From Candidatus Micrarchaeota archaeon (GTDB lineage: Archaea; Micrarchaeota; Micrarchaeia; Micrarchaeales; CABMGC01): a DNA stretch of 64,000 bases. This document shows positions 60,957-64,000 of this stretch, in pieces. Where the stretch lies: positions 700-64,699 of the forward strand of contig JAGWGI010000002.1 in the NCBI GenBank assembly GCA_028867435.1, read 5' to 3'. The notes under the pieces are model-generated. The model had not been told where the DNA came from. It did not search any database and saw only the letters and a program-made list of their open reading frames with translations. The position numbers were made by a program, and so were the translations under genes. Each line of letters starts with the position of its first letter. Position 1 is the first letter of the stretch.

Positions 60957-61007
60957 AATAGCGTTTAGAGCATATTCTTTTACCTTCCCCACCCTCTAAA
61001 CGCTGTT
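60957..61007 (+). ncRNA. Candidate small RNA / structured element: long perfect hairpin downstream of the orphan TATA box
   Basis: AGCGTTTAGAG (60960-60970) is perfectly complementary to CTCTAAACGCT (60994-61004). The stem extends to 14 bp with one G-U pair (60957-61007). The loop is 23 nt, and T-rich tracts follow at 61017-61024 and 61034-61040. Confidence 0.25.
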
Positions 61008-61162
61008 TATGCTTAACTCTTTTCCACATTCACCCTTTTGGCGAGTGAAATCATAACTCCTAGCGTGCAGAGGGCAAATCTATCCAGATTCTGCGTAGCC
61101 AGGGGCGCAAGGCTGCAATAAAGGTATTTATACCCTAATCCTTATTTAGTTTAAGTATTCCT

Positions 61163-63145
61163 ATGAAATTCAAGACCACAGCCGATGTCAAAATACCCGA
61201 TAAGACCATTGAGCAAATAGTTGGGCAGGAGAATGCAGTAGCGATAGTTAAGAAGGCGGCAAAGCAGCACAGGAACATACTCCTGATCGGTGCGCCAGGG
61301 ACAGGCAAGACCATGCTCGCGCAGGCGATGGCAGAATTGCTGCCTGCTGCAGAGCTTGAAGATATTCTTGCTTACAAGAACGTCAACGACGAGAACAAGC
61401 CACTGGTCAAGTCCGTCAAGACTTATCCAAACCTCCCTGAGGCGGGCAAAGCGCTTGGCGATGGGCAGGGGAGGCAGATAGTCCAGAAGGAGAGGCTCAA
61501 GGTGAGGCTTGAGGGCACGCAAAGCAACAGGAGCATAGTCCCGATAATCCTAATCATAGTGGCCATACTCTTCGTTGTATCAATATCGAACATATTTAAG
61601 GGCTACGAGATAATAGTGCTAGCTGCGCTGATACTCGGAGTTTTAATCTTCGGCTCAATGGCTCTATTCGTCTCTGGGCTGACCAAGCGAGTCGGCATAC
61701 TCCCGGGGATGTTCGAGACAAATGAGCCAAAGCTGATTGTTGACAACACAGGAAAGGACCATGCACCTTTTGTAGACGCGACTGGATCAAAGGCAGGGGC
61801 GATCTTCGGAGACGTGAAGCACGACCCCCTCCAGTCCGGGGGACTTGGGACTCCGCCGCATTTGCGGGTGGAGAGCGGCGCAGTGCACAGGGCCAACAAG
61901 GGAGTCTTGTTCATCGACGAGGTCGCGAACCTAGAGCCAAGATCGCAGCAAGAGCTGCTCACGGCAATGCAGGAGAAGAGATACTCGATAACGGGGCAGA
62001 GTGAACTGAGCTCTGGCGCAATAGTTAGGACCGAACCAGTACCCTGCGATTTCATACTTGTCGCGGCTGGAAACCTGCAGGACATACAAAAGATGCATCC
62101 AGCCCTGCGTTCAAGAATAAGGGGATACGGATACGAGATTTACATGGAGTCTGATATGCCCGACAACTCGGCAAACTGCGATTTGATCGTGAAGTTCATA
62201 GCGCAGGAGGTGAAGAAGGATGGCAAGATACCACCATTCGACTACGCTGCGTGCATGGAGATAATCGAGGAAGCAAGAAGGAGAAGCGGGAGAAAGAACA
62301 GACTCTCTTTGATACTCAGGGATCTTGGAGGGTTGATACGAGCTGCAGGGGATCTTGCAATAGAACGCAACAAGAAGGTGGTGGGCCGTGATGAGGTCAT
62401 GGGAGCAAAGAACCTGGCAAAGCCGATAGAAGCGCAGTACGTTGAGCAGTCCCTTGAGTACAGAAAGGATTACAGGGTGTTCAATACTGAAGGGTTTGGG
62501 ATAGGCAGGGTGAACGGCCTTGCTGTGGTTGGGAACTCCTATCTGTCTGCAGGGATTATAATACCGATAGTGGCAGAGGTCACTCCTGCAAGCTCCAGGG
62601 CGGAAGGGAAGCTCATTGCCACAGGAAAGCTTGGCAAGCTTGCGCAGGAAGCGGTCAAGAACATCAGCGCAGTGATAAAGAGGCACATGAACAGGGACAT
62701 AGCCAGCTACGACATACACGTGCAGTTCCTGCAGACTTACGAGGGTGTCGAGGGAGACAGTGCTAGCATCTCTGTCGCCGTGAGCGTGATCTCGGCCATG
62801 GAGGGGATACCGGTTGATCAATCAGTGGCAATGACAGGCTCGCTCTCGGTTAGAGGAGATGTGCTGCCTGTTGGGGGAGTCACAGGCAAGGTAGAGGCCG
62901 CCATAGATGCGGGGATGAAGAGGGTCATAGTGCCAAAGAGCAACATTAACGACATATACATAGACAAGCCAAGGCTCAGGAGGATAAAGATAATACCTGT
63001 GAAGAACATAGCCGATGTGATTGAGAATGCTCTGAAGAAGAGCAGCAGGCGCGACGCGATAATAAGGGAGCTGAGGAGGTACATGAACGCAGACTACAAG
63101 GAGAAGCCTCCGCTCCTAGTAAATGACCAAAGCAAGCAGGGGTGA
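61163..63145 (+). CDS. lonB: Archaeal membrane-bound Lon protease (LonB)
   Basis: Walker A '[12 protein letters not shown]'. A membrane hairpin is inserted into the AAA+ domain ('[15 protein letters not shown]'...'[18 protein letters not shown]'). Walker B 'VLFIDEV', protease Ser '[16 protein letters not shown]' and Lys '[10 protein letters not shown]'. Confidence 0.9.
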   Translation: MKFKTTADVKIPDKTIEQIVGQENAVAIVKKAAKQHRNILLIGAPGTGKTMLAQAMAELLPAAELEDILAYKNVNDENKPLVKSVKTYPNLPEAGKALGDGQGRQIVQKERLKVRLEGTQSNRSIVPIILIIVAILFVVSISNIFKGYEIIVLAALILGVLIFGSMALFVSGLTKRVGILPGMFETNEPKLIVDNTGKDHAPFVDATGSKAGAIFGDVKHDPLQSGGLGTPPHLRVESGAVHRANKGVLFIDEVANLEPRSQQELLTAMQEKRYSITGQSELSSGAIVRTEPVPCDFILVAAGNLQDIQKMHPALRSRIRGYGYEIYMESDMPDNSANCDLIVKFIAQEVKKDGKIPPFDYAACMEIIEEARRRSGRKNRLSLILRDLGGLIRAAGDLAIERNKKVVGRDEVMGAKNLAKPIEAQYVEQSLEYRKDYRVFNTEGFGIGRVNGLAVVGNSYLSAGIIIPIVAEVTPASSRAEGKLIATGKLGKLAQEAVKNISAVIKRHMNRDIASYDIHVQFLQTYEGVEGDSASISVAVSVISAMEGIPVDQSVAMTGSLSVRGDVLPVGGVTGKVEAAIDAGMKRVIVPKSNINDIYIDKPRLRRIKIIPVKNIADVIENALKKSSRRDAIIRELRRYMNADYKEKPPLLVNDQSKQG

Positions 63146-63150
63146 ACCAA

Positions 63151-64000
63151 GTGGCAAAGGAGAAGAAGAGTGAGGAAGCGGAGAAACACGCCAACGGGTT
63201 CACAAAGCAGAAACTTGAGACACTTGGTAAGAGGATAGTGGGGGATGTCCGCAAAGGCGAGACACCGAAGTTCGTGACCACCACTAGAACGCGATCAAAC
63301 ATCTTATATGACAAGAAACAAGGATTTTTGCGCCTTGGCGCCAATCAGGAGGAGAGGAGCTTCATGAACGTTGCCCAGAGCAAGAAGTTTATGCAGACCA
63401 TGGCCATAGCGGCAAAGTGCCACAAGTTCCTAACAGAGAGCCTCCACACCACCATAAGGGGGCTTTTTTACCAGCTCAAGTTCTCGCTCGGGGAGGATGT
63501 GGACGAGAGCATCTTCGACGAGCAGGCGGAATCCAACCCTCTGATAGAGGACCTTGAAGTCTCGCTCGGGGTGAAGAGGGAGGACCTGAATCTCAACGCG
63601 AACAGGAAGGGGGTGCTGGCCGGGAACATGAAGGTTCGGGACACTTTTGGCAACGAGAGGGTGGAGATAGACTGCAGCAAGATGGGCAGGAGCGGCTGGC
63701 AGATACCTAGCGACGTGGACAATGACATAGAGTTCGTAGACATAAAAGCAAAGTATGTGCTGGTGGTTGAGAAGGACGCGCTCTGGCAGAGGCTCAATGA
63801 GGATAATTTCTGGAAGAAGGAGAATGTGATACTCATAACCCCCCAAGGTCAAGCATCAAGGGGAACAAGAAGGATAATACGCAAGCTTGCGGACAAGGGC
63901 CTTCCAGTCTACGTCTTCACTGACTCTGATGCATGGGGATGGTACATCTACTGGACGATAAAGACTGGCAGCATAAATCTGGCATATATAGGCGGCGCAG
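63151..64000 (+). CDS. top6A: DNA topoisomerase VI subunit A (Spo11 family), N-terminal ~283 aa (3' end outside the window)
   Basis: Absent from the ORF track because there is no stop codon in the window. Hand translation from GTG 63151 (alternative GTG 63142) gives '...HTTIRGLFYQLKF' (catalytic Tyr region), Toprim 'KYVLVVEKDALW' and 'VYVFTDSDAWGWYIY'. Confidence 0.85.
   Translation, partial: MAKEKKSEEAEKHANGFTKQKLETLGKRIVGDVRKGETPKFVTTTRTRSNILYDKKQGFLRLGANQEERSFMNVAQSKKFMQTMAIAAKCHKFLTESLHTTIRGLFYQLKFSLGEDVDESIFDEQAESNPLIEDLEVSLGVKREDLNLNANRKGVLAGNMKVRDTFGNERVEIDCSKMGRSGWQIPSDVDNDIEFVDIKAKYVLVVEKDALWQRLNEDNFWKKENVILITPQGQASRGTRRIIRKLADKGLPVYVFTDSDAWGWYIYWTIKTGSINLAYIGGA

Noticed and set aside
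61603-62821. Minus-strand ORFs of 160 aa and 236 aa inside lonB, and 63430..63852 / 63468..63836 inside top6A.
   Set aside because: They lie antisense to unmistakable LonB and Topo VI-A coding frames. They are shadow ORFs favoured by the GC-rich third positions of the real genes.
1-64000. Search for CRISPR arrays, rRNA genes, additional tRNAs, transposases/integrases, inteins and known defence-system gene sets.
   Set aside because: By eye I saw no direct-repeat/spacer arrays, no rRNA-like conserved blocks, no second cloverleaf, no DDE/tyrosine-recombinase motifs, and no recognisable defence cassettes such as Cas, restriction-modification, Argonaute or CBASS signatures. The absence call is limited by manual inspection.

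Overview
This is a gene-dense chromosomal segment from an archaeon, roughly 90% coding and about 50% GC by eye. I count about 70 protein-coding genes and one tRNA. I found no rRNA, CRISPR array, transposase or integrase.

Archaeal hallmark genes run through the window: Hel308, SepF plus two tandem FtsZ, aIF5A, eS24/eS31, ATP-dependent DNA ligase, aIF5B, GatD and GatE, IleRS, TyrRS, RFC small subunit, TrmI, type IA topoisomerase, membrane LonB and Topo VI subunit A (cut off at the 3' edge). Many genes have a TATA-like box 25-35 nt upstream of the start codon, which suggests leaderless or short-leader mRNAs. Several gene pairs share 1-11 nt overlaps, consistent with operons.

Secreted and anchored proteins are very rich in N-x-S/T sequons. 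Codon usage favours AGG/AGA/ATA. Together these suggest a small-genome, possibly acidophilic archaeon (DPANN/Micrarchaeota-like or Thermoplasmatota-like). That lineage call is inference only.

The observations most worth follow-up:
1. A protein with an ordered R-S-E (YRG / S-x-S / E-x-E) ADP-ribosyltransferase-like signature.
2. A divergently transcribed gene next to it, encoding a signal peptide, PKD ectodomain, one TM helix and a cytoplasmic SAM-methyltransferase.
3. An uncalled 55-aa ORF lying exactly between the two ftsZ paralogues.
4. An Asp/Glu-racemase gene with no canonical start codon in frame.
5. A 92-codon open frame with no start codon in a 392-bp gap.
6. An orphan TATA box followed by an 11-bp perfect inverted repeat, a candidate small RNA.
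7. A duplicated tRNA-Thr T-arm fragment, a possible att scar.
8. Several unusual domain fusions (uridine kinase-NUDIX, HAD-phosphomannomutase) and two orphan loci with atypical composition.

All functional calls come from motif and colinearity recognition by eye. No database search was run.
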